A DNA stretch of 63,917 bases, filler included, from Phoronis australis (GCA_002633005.1; 10 parts of 10 records of this genome joined end to end with filler, not necessarily neighbours in it); one strand, 5' to 3'; counted from the whole stretch's first letter, positions 24,701 to 38,508 are shown. The notes: a model not told the origin generated them from the sequence alone. A program made the numbers and translations.

Positions 24701-26719
24701 TCACTTGAAAAGGTTTGAAAATGCAATTTGGTAATTTTTATAAATAGGTAAATAAAACAACAAGAATGGATCAACTGAAATTTTCCATTCTTGTTTTATT
24801 TACCTATTTATATTCTACATTTCATGAAACAATAGTGTACTTGGGAAGATTTATTTTCTACCAAATTTTTATGAAATGAAAAAACGGAATTAGATGTTTG
24901 CTAAAACAGATGTCACTGTTTTCGAAAAGTGATCAATCATTTACCATTAGTTTGTCTATCCTGTGTCCTTCGAAATCCGTAGCGATAAACTGAATGGATT
25001 CCTTCAACTATTTTTCAAATTTCTTGACNNNNNNNNNNNNNNNNNNNNNNNNNNNNNNNNNNNNNNNNNNNNTTAATTAATTAANNNNNNNNNNNNNNNN
25101 NNNNNNNNNNNNNNNNNNNNNNNNNNNNAACCACTCAAGAAACGCTTCAAAGCTTCTTGGTGTTAGCCAATCTTAAAACTGAGTATTCGAAACTGTTGGT
25201 TATACCCATTGTCTACATGGATTTGAACTGCCAGCAAAAGAACTTAGGGCGTGATTAGTGTGGTGATGTTTACGAGCGCCCAAAACGCTCGTTTAAAATT
25301 CAACAATGACAAGTAAGCAGCGGCAAGATATGTGCAGTTTTCTTTTTTAAATTGAATTTCCTTAGTATTTGGCAGCCATAAAGCGAAACATCAAACCATT
25401 CAAACTCATCAAGACAGTCTTACAATATAATTGCTTTTCGAAATAGCACTTGGATTATCGTTACCATTGGGTTAGGCCAATCCCAGAATTGCGAATTCGA
25501 AAATGACGTATGTGACTTAAGTTGCGCGTTCATTCGGCAACAATTCAGGATCCAACAATTGTGACGATATCGGCGGAAAAAAGTACGTGATTTTTCTGGG
25601 ATCAGGCATAGCGGTGGCACTGCTAAGCTATCGCTCTGCTCACAAGACTTGTCCCCACACACATTAAATGACGTAGAACTTTGTGTAAGTCACTGGTCTT
25701 GATTTCAGCGAATACCTGGCAGACAACTACGAGATTTGCCAATTTGTAATGGAAAGGCAAGAACATAATGGAATTGTGTTTCTATAGCTCTAGATCTGGT
25801 CGAAGATCTCACAGATGTCCATCTAACGAAGAATCCCCAAAATGAGTTCTGTTTTTCTGTTGTAACTGAACCGATAATTTCCGAACTATAAAATTTATCT
25901 CAGCAAAGTATACATTTTCAGTCGGGTAAATGATTTTTTTAAAAAGAATGTTAGAGGAGAGCGGAAAATAATGATCAATTAGTTTTCGGCTAAGCGGTTT
26001 GGGACCGACTTGGTTGGTGAGGGGCAACAATAGTTAAGTTCCAAGATTTGAAAGTTCACGTTTTCAGCAACTTCCGTTGAAAAGTACATGTACGTTCTGT
26101 TTTCGTTTCAGTGCGTAGTGATTGCCGGTGTCGGAGTGGCAGAACGGGTGAAACATTCTAATAAGTTTCAGTTTAAACGCGGAGAGGTGAGACGGAAGGG
26201 GGGAGGGTGGAGGAAAGAGAGAGGGGGAAGGGAATAGTGTGAGAAGGGAAGCTGGGAGAGGAAAAGAGGATGGGGTGAGAGGAAAGAGAAAGGAGGGCAG
26301 CTAGGGCTGAGGAGGGAGGCTGTCCGAGCACAAATCAAATGGTGTCATCTTAGATCAATATCAACCTCCTTACTTACGTCACCAGAGCCACGTGTTTTTT
26401 GTAGTCAGTAAAAAGCACAGGATTATAATGTAAGGTTTTTTTCACTCTGGTTCAATTTTGCAGGAAAACACTGAATGACGACAATTTGTCATTCCACGGA
26501 GGATATGACTATAGATTTAATACTAGTATTCAATCTACGGTATGACTACATCGAGTGGAAACCATCTGCTCGTCCTGATCTCTATCACCGTCACATACTT
26601 GAGGGCATGAAGAGCAGATGGTTTCACTAAAATCACATGTTTGCCAATTTTGACCATTTCAAAACCCTCACTTTCAGCAGGGACAACCTCAGTGATTCCC
26701 CAAGTAATTCTAAGTGTCA

Positions 26720-26960
26720 CCAACGTTATTAAATATCATGACTTTGTTAAACCGTTAGGTATAAAAATTGATTGTAAACTAAACAATCTTTGCATCAAAG
26801 CAGCGAAGTGTGTATCCGCCCTCTTCCGAAAGCACCATTTGTTAGGTACAGACACTAAGTTAAAGATTTGGTACCAATTGATTTCAATTCAGTGCTGGAA
26901 TTTTGCATGGCTCTTATGTGGTGTTCAAAAGGGCCGGTAAATGGACAACATTCGGTACTG
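26720..26960 (+). mobile_element. LINE reverse transcriptase C-terminal fragment
   Basis: VKPLGIKIDCKLN..LCIKAAKCVSALFRKHHLLGTDTKLKIW matches the K-x-LGI-x-ID-x-KL...KA...L-x-R...K-x2-IY region of CR1/L2 ORF2. Confidence 0.65.
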
Positions 26961-27960
26961 TGAATTAAAATGTGCACCTATTCAATGACCAGCAGTCATC
27001 GTACTACAAATTGACGTAATTGAAGTCGGAGTCCACCCGACTTGTCCGTAGAATAAAATGTTTTGGAGTCTGACGTTTTTAAGCATACATAACACAGGTC
27101 CGAACCCCTGCGAGTTTTTTCTCAGAATGTGCGGTATGAGATATACTGTAAGCAGGCTCCTCGATCTACGTAGGTGTCTCCAGGTTCGTTACGTCAGATA
27201 GTAGACTTAATTAATACCATTAATTACCGAGACGTTTCTCTGTGGAATAAGCTTCATAAAAGTATAAGATCAATCTTGACTGGTTTATCAATACCTTAAC
27301 AAAACTCAAATTTAAAACTAAGGCTGTGATTGTCCACATTGCTTAAGATGATACTGGCAAGTCTTGTATGTTCATTTCCTCCCTGTACAGTCTAGCAGTC
27401 TAGTCTTTTACATAAATTCCTCCAGGCTTTTAATGTCGATCACTAGCACCGGTGTTATTGTTTTTGTTCCTTAAAATGTCACATCGATGTGTAATAAACA
27501 TTTTACTAGTTACTTACTACACCAGCGCCGTATGCACAATTTAGTTACTGCTGGTTCCAAGGCATACACGTACTAGAAAACAACACACGAGAACCCAAAC
27601 ATTTTCGTAATCGCAATCATACAAACAAAGTACAAATTAAAGCTTTTTATTGCAGCTATATTACGATGACCAAATACGACCAACAGCAACACTAAATTGA
27701 AATACAAAAGAATACTTTAGTATGTGACGTTAGTAACTTGTTTGATAAAATGAAAGCAATGAAGAACCAATATCAGCACCTATGCTGAACAGACGATCTT
27801 TTTTCATAAGATTCCAAATGTTTCCAACAGTCATTTGCATACTTAACACCTCAAAGAGTGATTAACGTACAGATCTCGAGGTCACTAAGTCACTATGTTC
27901 CTTTCACCTGTTTCGCGGGTAGGCTATATGAATAGACAACGAAGTCGCCCGCACAGTAAT

Positions 27961-28398
27961 TTAGGAAAACTGTGAGAAAAAGTCTTTGAAGATCTGATCC
28001 ACGTCATCCTCTTTGTACCTCTGAACAACAAAGTTTTTTCCGTCGTGTGCACCTGTTACCATAGCAGACAACGTCTTGTTGGTCGGATCGTCAGCGGGAG
28101 GCCTAAACAAGCACAAAATCTTCTTGCCCCATCCAACGGCTCTGCCAAGCTCAAACCCGACTCCCATGGACGTACATGTAACTTCGGCAACCACAGCATC
28201 GCAAGACTCCAACCACGCCATGTCAGTATCGTATATTTCCTTGTCAGTTTTGACGCTCGGCATGTCTTGGCTCCACGCCGTATCCCCAACGTGCTCCGTG
28301 AGGACGGTCCCGTACTCCTTAAGTTTGTTTATGAGTCTGTGATAAAGCTGCGCGTCAGCTCGTCCGCCACGAATGCTACCACAAAAATAAATCTTCAT
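27961..28398 (-). CDS. DNPH1: 2'-deoxynucleoside 5'-phosphate N-hydrolase 1 (Rcl), single coding exon, 145 aa
   Basis: MKIYFCGSIRGGR...YGTVLTEHV...DMAWL...VVAEVTCTSMGVGFELGRA...LCLFRP...LSAMVTGA are the family motifs. AATAAA on the - strand at 27646-27651. Confidence 0.95.
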   Translation of the reverse strand: MKIYFCGSIRGGRADAQLYHRLINKLKEYGTVLTEHVGDTAWSQDMPSVKTDKEIYDTDMAWLESCDAVVAEVTCTSMGVGFELGRAVGWGKKILCLFRPPADDPTNKTLSAMVTGAHDGKNFVVQRYKEDDVDQIFKDFFSQFS

Positions 28399-28596
28399 AA
28401 TTCAGTTTCACGAAAATGTCTCTTTGCAAACTAATAAAGTTAATGTACGATACTTGTACCCTCGCTCGCTGTCGTCCCGCCAGAGGAAATATGGATTATC
28501 TCCCTTGAATAACGAAGTATTGATTGACCAATACCAGCGGTTGTTTGTCTGTTAGCTCGGGATCGATTTACTTCCGGATACAGACCGACAGAAACT
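28399..28596. promoter_or_regulatory. Bidirectional promoter between DNPH1 and ARPC4
   Basis: Only 198 bp separate the two divergent start codons; ETS-type ACTTCCGG at 28570-28577 and CCAAT at ~28528. Confidence 0.65.
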
Positions 28597-31500
28597 ATGG
28601 TGGGTGTGATTGTTCTAAAACTTTCATTTGTAACATTCTAGATCCGTTCCACCTTTTAAATGATTCTATATTGATCATACTGTACATTTAAATGTCTGTT
28701 TGTTGGAAAAGTTGCATATATCTTAATTATGAGCGTCCTAGTCCTGTATAAACTGAATGAAAAAAGCACTTCCTCAATTATCGAATTGTCGCTCACTCAG
28801 TCTCGACTCGGTCACTGCTGTTGACTTGGTCGACAATCTTCCACTGCTGGGTGCGTTCTGTAATCTCCAAAATCTCAAAACACAAGACCACACAAAATCA
28901 TGCGAGTGTTCTTTCACTTTTGTGAGTTTGCCTTGGTGCAAAGTTGTCCTCTCGGCGTGGCTGGCAGGTGGGTGATTTTCCCATGCAATAATCCTTATGT
29001 TCCATTTAACCATGAGCACGTTGATAGACAATGACCATCGTCTCTAGCTTCTGGCACATGAAGCTCCTATACGAGCTGGAAGCTTTTCGGCAAATTATGC
29101 CTCTCGGTAATTGTTTACAATATGACGACATTGACTTACACATATGGTTTTGGTATTGTTCGTTTCCTTGCAACATTATCTTTCCAAAAATAAACAGAAT
29201 TTTTCCTACCCCGTTCTCTTAGTGTTTTATTGTGAAATTTCTGCTCTCACTATTTCCGGTTACGCTGTAGTAACACTACCATGTTGAATGGAAGGAGCCA
29301 CCTGGCAGTCAAAAACTGAACTAATCTACCGACTTCTGCAAATCAACGCTTAAGGTCAAATTGACCAAGACCCGTCTATCCCTTGCCCTAGTTATATTCC
29401 CAAGGGTTCAAATTCGATCCTATGGTGACCTCGGGTACGCATCTAACTCTGCTGGCAAGAATCCGTAAAAATGCGGAGGTTGTTTTTGACGTCCAAATTG
29501 GTGAAAAGGTTATCACTTCAAACAATTTCGTGGAATAATGGTCGAATGGTAACAATTATAAAAAAATTAGAAAAGGTGAAATGCTTCTCCATATTATGTC
29601 AGGACAACTTTAGTGGGAATCTCACGTGGGCAAACCATTCAGAATAGATGTTGCTGTTTCATTCATTAACACCGGGTGTCGCTGTAATCTTGAGTTGAGC
29701 TAACATGGCTGCGTCAACGGGAAAATATTGCGAACAGAAATTCGACGATAAAATACGGAGAAAACGCGGTAGGGGATACATTCATATATTTTTGGAAAGT
29801 TAACGTTGCGCCGAATCGAATGATGCCAAAATCAAGTGTGTAGGTCAATGTTATCATATCGTAAACAATTACCTGCCTCTCACTGGTTAAAACATAAAAG
29901 CCACACATTGTCATTGTTATAAATACCTTTTGCACATAGAGGAATAGTTTAGGAGGCCATAGATATCTTTAATTCCTTTCAACTCGAACAAATGCTTCCG
30001 TTATCAAACATATTCTTCGAGTTGTCCTTCGTTCACTTCCCCAAAATCGGAAACTGGCCATTTTCAACACTGTGCACGGCAGGTGGTATCACTTCATCGA
30101 TTTTGGGAACTGAGTGAGGGATAGCTCGAAAAAAAGTTTGATAGTGGGAGTATTTGTTCGAGTTGGAAGGAATTAAAAAGATATCGACGGCCTCCTAAGG
30201 TGTCGAAGTAAGTTTTATGTTAAGAGGACCTCAAATTGAGTTGAGTAGACTGAAAATGTGACCTTTGCTTAAATTGCCAGCTTTTTGACCACATCGATTC
30301 CTAGCTGTGTTTGCATGTGGCTAGCTATTTGCAAGTATACTTAGGATCTGTGGTTCCTAGAAAAGTGTAATGATTGGTTGAAGACATTGCGATGTTAAAT
30401 TATGCGAAGATTTGTCATGGCAAGTATTCCACGATTGTGTTGGGTCTATGGTTGGTTCAGAAAAAATCTGACTCTGCGTAGCTCCAGGATGGTGTGCTGT
30501 TGTTGCACGCAACCTTCAAGCTGGAACATGGAATTCCTTATTTATAAGTTGGTTATTGGCACGGGTGATTGGTTATGAAAACCGGCAATTTCATTGATGC
30601 ATACGGTTATGTAGAAAACTTTTGTGATCCAGTTTTCATTGCCTGGTTCTCAAATTCTGGTACCACTGCAAAAGTTTCTATTATTTTTGTGTTCAAAGGG
30701 GTTTCAACTGATCATTGTGTGACCAGTATATGGTCTGTGCTGCTTTAATTCTCCATCTTATTTTGTCTTCTCCCACCAGTCGGTGACACTGAAGCCGTAC
30801 CTAAATGCTGTTCGGCACACACTCACAGCCGCCATGTGCCTGGAGAATTTTTCATCGCAAGTTGTTGAACGGCACAACAAGCCTGAAGTTGAAGTCAGGT
30901 ACTCGCTTTTTCGTGACTTCTCTTGTGTACATAATTAGGAACTGTGTGAACCCAAAAGGATGAGATACACAGGACGCATTTTTAATGGATTCCCTCCATA
31001 ACAGAACAGGAGATTTGATTATCTCTTGCAGTGCTTGTCAAGTGTTTTCCTTATCCTACCGGACATGTTACTATTATTTTTGTATTTGAGGAATTTGTTT
31101 TTGTCATGTTTGGAATCCAAGCATGGCAAGAAAAACAAAAATGAATTTTATTGAAGATGTAGTGAGCATATTTTCAATTTGATTTCACCTTCAACGAATG
31201 TCACAGCCTGTACTGTTTCAATCACTCTTAACACACCTAAATATGTTTTAAATTGCACGAAAACATCAGGAAATGAACACCAGTGGACTCTAAGCTATGC
31301 AAAAATACCTTTATTGTGCAAGACCGACCTCATTCACAGGACAGCCGTAGGTTAACGCCAGCTAATTCAAGACACAGAAATGGATCTGTAGCTCTGAAGC
31401 ACAGTCCTGTGTATCTCTTAATTCAAGGCCCAGAGGCATGGTTACAAACCACTTTCCTACACCCTTAAACTGTGCATGTATACACTGAAAATACCCTTGA

Positions 31501-34500
31501 GATACCTAAGTGTAATCTCGGATTAAATTGTTACCATGGACATCTCACAAGAGATGAGCAGATGACGGGTATGTAGTATTTTATTCACTGAGGGTGTTAA
31601 TGTAAGTTCTAGGTCATGAGTCTGAAGTTGGGCTTAGGTGATTGAAGTGTAGAGGCCCAACTGTACATCCAGTCATAAGCAGTGTATTTACCATTTGAAG
31701 ACAGAATTTCTACTTCTCAATCTTTCTGGGAGTTAGTCTTTTTTTAGAAAGCTTTCACCGTTAACACTTTGAATATCAGTGTCTCAACATTCTTGTGCCA
31801 CATTGTGCCTTACAAGTTCCATGGCTGCTTAAAAATAGGTTCATGGGGTGCACGTCTTTGGGAAATTCACACGTTAAGCAACTAAAACAGATCCATTCCT
31901 CCAGTCCTCACTGCAGTTTTCTGTCGTTCATACATCTTACACATTTTATTTTATGTTAAAATTTAATATTTCTTGTTTCAATGAAAGACTCGGAGTTCAT
32001 TTTCCTCGTTTCTTGGCAAACTAACACTGAAAGTTTTCTCTGACAACAAATCGTGATCACAAAAAGTAGTCTTCATTGATAAAATCAATTACTTGTATAA
32101 TTCATGTTAAATTACCTGCTTTTACTGAAAACGTTGACATTGTGTTGTGTACCGCTGTAGTAAAAATTCTTGTTTGGAGCAGTCTCTAAAATGTGGTCTT
32201 TGAAATTCAAGCAAAACTTGAATTTTCAGGGACTGCCCCAAACTTGAATTTTCTTAATTCTGAATATTGGGGAACTGTGGATTTTGACGTTCATCATATT
32301 TCTCATATTTTGGACTCTGTAACTTGACAGATCATAACATGGCATCGAGGTGATTGGTCATTTGTCATGGATAGTAATTCTAGAATTTTGTGCAATTTGT
32401 ATTGCCTATAATTTCTAAAATTTGGCTTAAGTTCTGAACTTGAGCATAAAAATTGATTTTTCATTGTCACAAACTTCAAAGTTTTTACCATGCTCTTTAT
32501 GACATTTTCAACTAAATACGCCGTACTTGGTTTAGATGTTAACTTCTATTAACGTTATCTTTCAGGAGTAGCAAAGAGCTTTTACTGACTCCTGTTATCA
32601 TCAGTCGAAATGAACGTGAGAGGGTGTTAATCGAAAGTTCAGTCAACTCTGTTCGCATCAGTATAGGTGTTAAACAGGTAATTAAAAGGGATTATTGATC
32701 TAAAAGGCAACAATAGCAGTTGAGTAGAGGGCGCCTTAAGAGAAATACCTGGACTGACAAGCTTGATTGCGTTATGTTTCTCCTCGTGATTCCAAATTCC
32801 TCATTAAAAAATTGTAGTGTCTAGATTTCCCCACATTTGACGCTGTCACCGAAAATTTCTTAAAAATGTGTTGGTTATTCGGATTCGCGTTACAATGGTT
32901 TCCTAGGACTTTGCTGAAACATTGGTTAAAACAAAGTTCGCCAACTATACCTCTATGTAGTACACTATATGTACAACAGGCTTAGAACATATGGAGTGGA
33001 ACATCATAAAAGAGTGAACATTATAAACCAGACATGTTTGACTTTGAAACCATTGAAATTAGAAACACAATTACAAGGCTTGAGGTATTGTGGGCATCAA
33101 ATTGCACCAGAAATAGGGACGGAAAGCGGTTACGTCACACCCCTAACAAGTAATCTTAACTGGAAAAACAATATCATAGTGGGCTATTAATTTACGCTTA
33201 CTAATTAATTTGTTCAACCCAACAATTTCAGCAAAGTATCTAAGTCACCATACAGATTAATCTGTTTGCCTTATGTTTACTAAAACGGTGTTTAACTGGT
33301 GATTTTCCGGTTTTCACCTTATGTAATTTGCCAAAGAAAAATGCTAAGGGTGAGAACCAAGATGGTGCAATCTCTGAGACTACCCCAGTATATTCTGACA
33401 TCACTCTCCATCTGTATTTAGCTTACAATACGGCAGACAAGTGAAATTTCATTTTGTCAAATTTTGCAACAAAAATAAAGATTGCAAAAATTTTAGTGAG
33501 TGTTAAGCTTGTTAGTACAGTGAAGGTGTCATGAAACAACAGTGTTTAGCTTGTTAGTACAGTGAAGGTGTCATAAAACAATGTCAGCGTTTAGCTAGTT
33601 AGTATTGTATAGGTGTCATAAAACAACAGTGTTTAGCTTGTTAGTACAGTGAAGGTGTCATAAAACAATGTCAGCGTTTAGCTAGTTAGTATTGTATAGG
33701 TGTCATAAAACAACAGTGTTTAGCTTGTTAGTACTGTGTAGGTGTCATAAAACAACTGTGTTTAGGTTGTTAGTACTGTGTGTCATAAAATATCAGTGTT
33801 TAGCTTGTTAGTATTGTGTGTCATAAAACAATAGTGTTTAGCTTGTTAGCACTGTGTGTCATAAAACATCAGTGTTTAGCTTGTTAGTACTGTGTGTCAT
33901 AAAATAACAGTGTTTAGATTGTTAGTACTGTGTAGGTGTCATAAAACAACATTTGGTTAATTTGTTCCCAGTACTTGCAGCAAGGTTGTCGGCCATTGAA
34001 ATTTCGAAAACTGACAACTTTGGCAATTAGTAATGTGCGAAATACCTCAAGCATTGCTGTACACAGTTTGACCTGATGGAGCTGGTAATTTTCCTCGTTC
34101 TCACATGATATTTTACATTCCAGGCTGACGAAATAGAAAAGATTTTATGCAAAAAGTTCATGAGGTTCATGATGATGCGAGCCGAGAACTTTGTGATTCT
34201 GCGACGAAAACCTGTAGAGGTAAGGAGGAGGGGAAATGTCAGGCAACGTCCAACTAAATCAGTGGTGGATCTAGGATATCACAAGGGGGGGCCAACATTT
34301 TGTACAGCTGTAAGCATTTATGCAAACCACGATTGTAGATGCGTATAGCACCGAATGGGGGGAGGTCGGGAGGGGGGTTTGCCCCTGGGCCTTCCCCCTA
34401 AATCCGCCTATGTAAATGAAGCATATGTTGTTCATTACTTAAATATGTTAAATATGATTTCTAGCCTTGGGGTGAACTGGAAGGTAGTTCAGTTGCTTGT

Positions 34501-34979
34501 CACGGTGGGTTTGTTTTGCAAAGGCAGCTTGGCCATCAGGGGAATTACAGGCAATTTATAGTATTAAACAATTTCAATCCAAACTAAGGATGGGAAAGCT
34601 GTGGCGTTGCATTAGAAGTGAACTGTTATAGGTAATTAATAACTTGTAGAAATAATGTACTGTTATTGTAAAGAACACTTCACGGCTGATCTCGGGACAG
34701 GTGGCCTCATTTTGATTTTTAATTTTCCAATCAGCTAAACAGGTGCAGTTTTAAAGAATTTGTGTCAAAATATTGTTCTTTAATGTATTCATCTGTTGCC
34801 AGGGCTACGACATAAGTTTCCTAGTGACCAACTTCCACACAGAGGCCATGTACAAACACAAGCTGGTCGACTTCGTCATCACTTTCATGGAGGAGATTGA
34901 CAAGGAGTTGAGTGAGATGAAGCTGGCCTTGAATTCACGGGCCCGCATATCGGCGGAGGAGTTCCTGAAGCGTTTCTGA
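28597..34979 (+). CDS. ARPC4: Actin-related protein 2/3 complex subunit 4 (p20-Arc), 168 aa, 5 coding exons
   Basis: Exons 28597-28599 (ATG only), 30780-30898, 32566-32677, 34124-34219 and 34803-34979 total 507 nt, all GT-AG. Translation [16 protein letters not shown]...[28 protein letters not shown]...AEEFLKRF. The exon 1 position is inferred from ATG|GTGGGT. Candidate AATAAA at 36220-36225. Confidence 0.96.
29949..30199. mobile_element. Palindromic fold-back element in ARPC4 intron 1
   Basis: TTAGGAGGCC.TAGATATCTTTAATTCCTT.CAACTCGAACAAAT... mirrored by ...ATTTGTTCGAGTTGGAAGGAATTAAAAAGATATCGACGGCCTCCTAA; related half-copy at ~47430-47580. Confidence 0.75.
33497..33950 (+). repeat. ~32-38-bp minisatellite in ARPC4 intron 3 (~13 copies)
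   Basis: Unit CAGTGTTTAGCTTGTTAGTACTGTGT(AGGT)GTCATAAAACAA. Confidence 0.95.
34260..34411 (+). mobile_element. Short interspersed non-autonomous DNA element (CAGTGGCGGATCTAGG family)
   Basis: CAGTGGTGGATCTAGG...CCTAAATCCGCCTATG termini; homologous copy at 62463-62570 and a related element at 42749-43060. Confidence 0.65.
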
Positions 34980-37768
34980 TCTAGGTACGGTATGATGGTG
35001 GATAAGTAAACACTCAACAGTGACCACACTAGACCAGATCATGTTTAGTGATACCTGTGCTGTGCAAAGCGTGGTAACAGCAAAGCAAAGTTTTCGATAT
35101 TTCAAACAAAATTCAAGTTTTCGCCTTATTATGTCCCAGGCTGATGAATGGTTACCAACATAGTGAAGCCCAATGCACAGAAAATAGGGTGAAAATCCTA
35201 CAAGTGTTACTACGACTACATGATATGCGGTGGTTTTCAAAATCGCTTTCGTGATGTTGCAGCTACAACATTTTTGGTTTACCAGAGATGGAGAAGATAC
35301 GATGAAAATGAGGCTCGTTAACACATGGCACAAACCCATGGTTGTTGATCATGAGAAAATGAGCTGCAGTATGATAACTCGTGTCAAACAGTACATTTGA
35401 GAATCACCAGTGATGCTATTATGTGTACTTTTACATAACACTCTTCAACCAACGAAAGCTCGTTTCTAGACAACTACGAATTGACAGTGTTCAGTAATCT
35501 TAGCCAATATATTGATGAATACAGCTGTCGGTTCAAAACCAGGGTTATTTTCTGGTATGAAAACAGTGATTTTATTCACTTTGAGCATTGTTCAACATGG
35601 CACGGTGCAATCGTTTTGAATGGTTCTCTTTTATTTACAGGCTGCACAGTACAAAGCTTCCAAGGAGGCCAGGTTTATACCCATACATTTTTTCACTCAG
35701 TGTACAGTTGAATAATAACGACTACCAGGTGTACAGAGCCGTATTCATTCCACGCTAATTCAGTGCGATCAGACTGAAATCATGAGTGTATTAGAGTTGA
35801 TTCCTAGATATGCTTCGCCAACGCATTTTGTAGAAGTCCGCAGTGCCAAATAACTAGCACTTGCGTTTGGGCATAGGCGATGCCACTGGGTATCAATTTT
35901 TTATGACCAACTAGTTAATTTGAAGCTCTTAAAACTTCTTGCTTTTATGTATAGCCAAATCTTTTACTTCACAAACTGATGCAAACTGTTGTTTATTCTA
36001 ACACCTGTCCACTTTCGTTCTCAAAAAAGAATTATTACTAATTATTATTAATAACTTGATTGAAGACAATGCGGAGAAGTGACCAGAGCTGTCACTAAGA
36101 TGACCCACAATTTGCTACATGACGTCACACCACGACAAATACAGTTTCACTTATTTATCCATTTTAGATATAATGCTATTGTTTCATACTACTTGTATTA
36201 ACTCAGCTATTTCGTGTTAAATAAAAATATCAAAACAATCTTCGCATTTTCTGGTCTATACCTTTTCATTCGCATGTGTTGTTTTCATACTTTAAATTTT
36301 CTTTGCTTATTTCTAAAGCCGTTAAGACCAAGTTAGTGTATTAGTCATAATGTCAGTTTTTGGACCATATCATCTAGAAGGGACATTTTTTAAATCAAAA
36401 TTTATAGTAAAACAGCTATAAACGTATCTTTCATCACAAAAAACAACTTTTGATTAAGACCTCTAGTGAAAATGGTGTCAATTTTTTCCTTAGTCAAAAA
36501 GATGGGATATTTGGGCAGATTGATATTGCTATACATGTTGACTTGTCAAGATGGTCCTGCCATCTCATTTCACCAGTTTGCATTCTTACAAAACCAAGCA
36601 TTTCCCATTTGAGTAAGGAACCAATTTTATAGCAGTAAGTGGTCAAAATCAAAAGTGTGTTTCCATGACAGCACGGGTTTATAGTCGTTTTAAATTTTCA
36701 CATTCATGTAGAAGCCCAGTGGTATATTTATTTTGTAGTTCAAACCATCGTCAACAAGCATACTCAACAGACAAGATCATAGCAAGGTTTTTAAGAGCCA
36801 CACAGAATGTTTCTTCAATCAGATGGTAGATCAGCTGCTTGAAAAGGTGGCCTATCGGTCATTACTGATGAGTTTAAGCAATCATTGCAGTTCTTAGCCA
36901 ACAAAGAAGCATCATTCTCTATTGCAATTGGAAAATGACTGCCAGTGTTTTCAGAGGTTGACCAAACAAAGCCCTACCATTAAATGCATTTCGGGCTTTA
37001 CATAATGTTCCCACATGCAATGCAAAATATCTTTATTGAGAAATCCTAATTTAACATGTCGTCAACGTCAGCGAAAGGTTTTTGTGGTGCGACTGGCAAA
37101 TCCGGTTTCTTCAATGTCATTCACATCTCCAGGCTTGAGTAACATGAGGAGGCTCAGCAGGATACGATTTAAGTGCAAATCTCGCGTTTTTCTCTTTCGC
37201 GGGTGACGAAAATATCCATTATTTCTAAATGGATAAACCATGTTTCAGTTCCTTACCTCAGTGCTTATCATGACTTAACCTTTTTTCAAAAAATAGAGGA
37301 TGCCAAATTTAGACTACAGTGAAAGAGCAAATTTCGGACATCATAAAAACTCGGCCCTTCCAGTAATGATTATGTTTTTATGGCATCGTTTTTAAAAGTC
37401 TAAAAATGACTGACAAAATTTTCCCTTCTACTTTCTCAGAGTAAGAGGGCAGATCTTCCAGCGACTAAAGATGACAAATGTGACGCTTTAAGAGTTCACA
37501 CTGTATTTTCCAGACTGGACCAGGAGGCGTATATACCGTCTAATCACACAGAAATGTTGTTTGAGAGTGACATTTCATGGTTGACGATTTCATCGCAAAT
37601 CTCCAGAAAGTAAAGAATATTTACCGCAGCAATTTTTTACTTCCATGTTGTGCCACCTGCGGTCTTCATCAACCATTAGTACTCAGAACATATTTAGAGA
37701 CGAGAATGAAATTTACTAAGTTGTTGGTACAAAATATTTCACTCAACTACCGAGTGATAAAATGATTA

Positions 37769-38508
37769 GGGCTGTTCCAGCAAAATCTGTATGGGAGGGG
37801 GGAAGGCACTTTTATTTCGTACCCACCGCCCATATTTTTCATTTATTTCTCCAACCCATGACCCATAATTTTTTAATTATTTTTAATAGGTTAAAATATA
37901 AAATCCAACACTTGCAAATAAATTGCCTTCAGGAGGACCTGTTAAGAACTTTGATGATTGACAGACAAGAACTAGTTGTCTTGTCCAATATTGTCAAAAA
38001 CTAAAGTAGCCTGTGAGCAATACTTTTGGCAGCCACCAGGTGTCTCTGTTCACCATGTGTCTATAATTTCAATGAACATTTTTTCAATTATAAGGATCTA
38101 TGAATCTCAAACTGTCTCCNNNNNNNNNNNNNNNNNNNNNNNNNNNNNNNNNNNNNNNNNNNNNNNNNNNNNNNNNNNNNNNNNNNNNNNNNNNNNNNNN
38201 NNNNNNNNNNNNNNNNNNNNNNNNNNNNNNNNNNNNNNNNNNNNNNNNNNNNNNNNNNNNNNNNNNNNNNNNNNNNNNNNNNNNNNNNNNNNNNNNNNNN
38301 NNNNNNNNNNNNNNNNNNNNNNNNNNNNNNNNNNNNNNNNNNNNNNNNNNNNNNNNNNNNNNNNNNNNNNNNNNNNNNNNNNNNNNNNNNNNNNNNNNNN
38401 NNNNNNNNNNNNNNNNNNNNNNNNNNNNNNNNNNNNNNNNNNNNNNNNNNNNNNNNNNNNNNNNNNNNNCCCCCCCCCCCTCCCACACAGATTTTACTGG
38501 AACAGCCC
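37769..38508. mobile_element. PIF/Harbinger (Tourist-like) MITE, copy 1
   Basis: TTA|GGGCTGTTCCAGCAAAATCTGTATGGGAGGGG ... CCCCTCCCACACAGATTTTACTGGAACAGCCC|TTA; 3-bp TTA TSD; internal N gap. Confidence 0.8.

Noticed and set aside
28045-28434. Plus-strand ORFs overlapping DNPH1
   Set aside because: Antisense shadows of a real coding sequence with no recognisable features.
33497-33950. ~35-bp periodic repeat superficially like a CRISPR array
   Set aside because: No unique spacers, eukaryotic intron, no cas genes; an ordinary minisatellite.
37060-37220. Minus-strand LLMLLKPGDVNDIEE as a 2A-like motif
   Set aside because: Lacks NPGP and has no adjacent endonuclease motifs.
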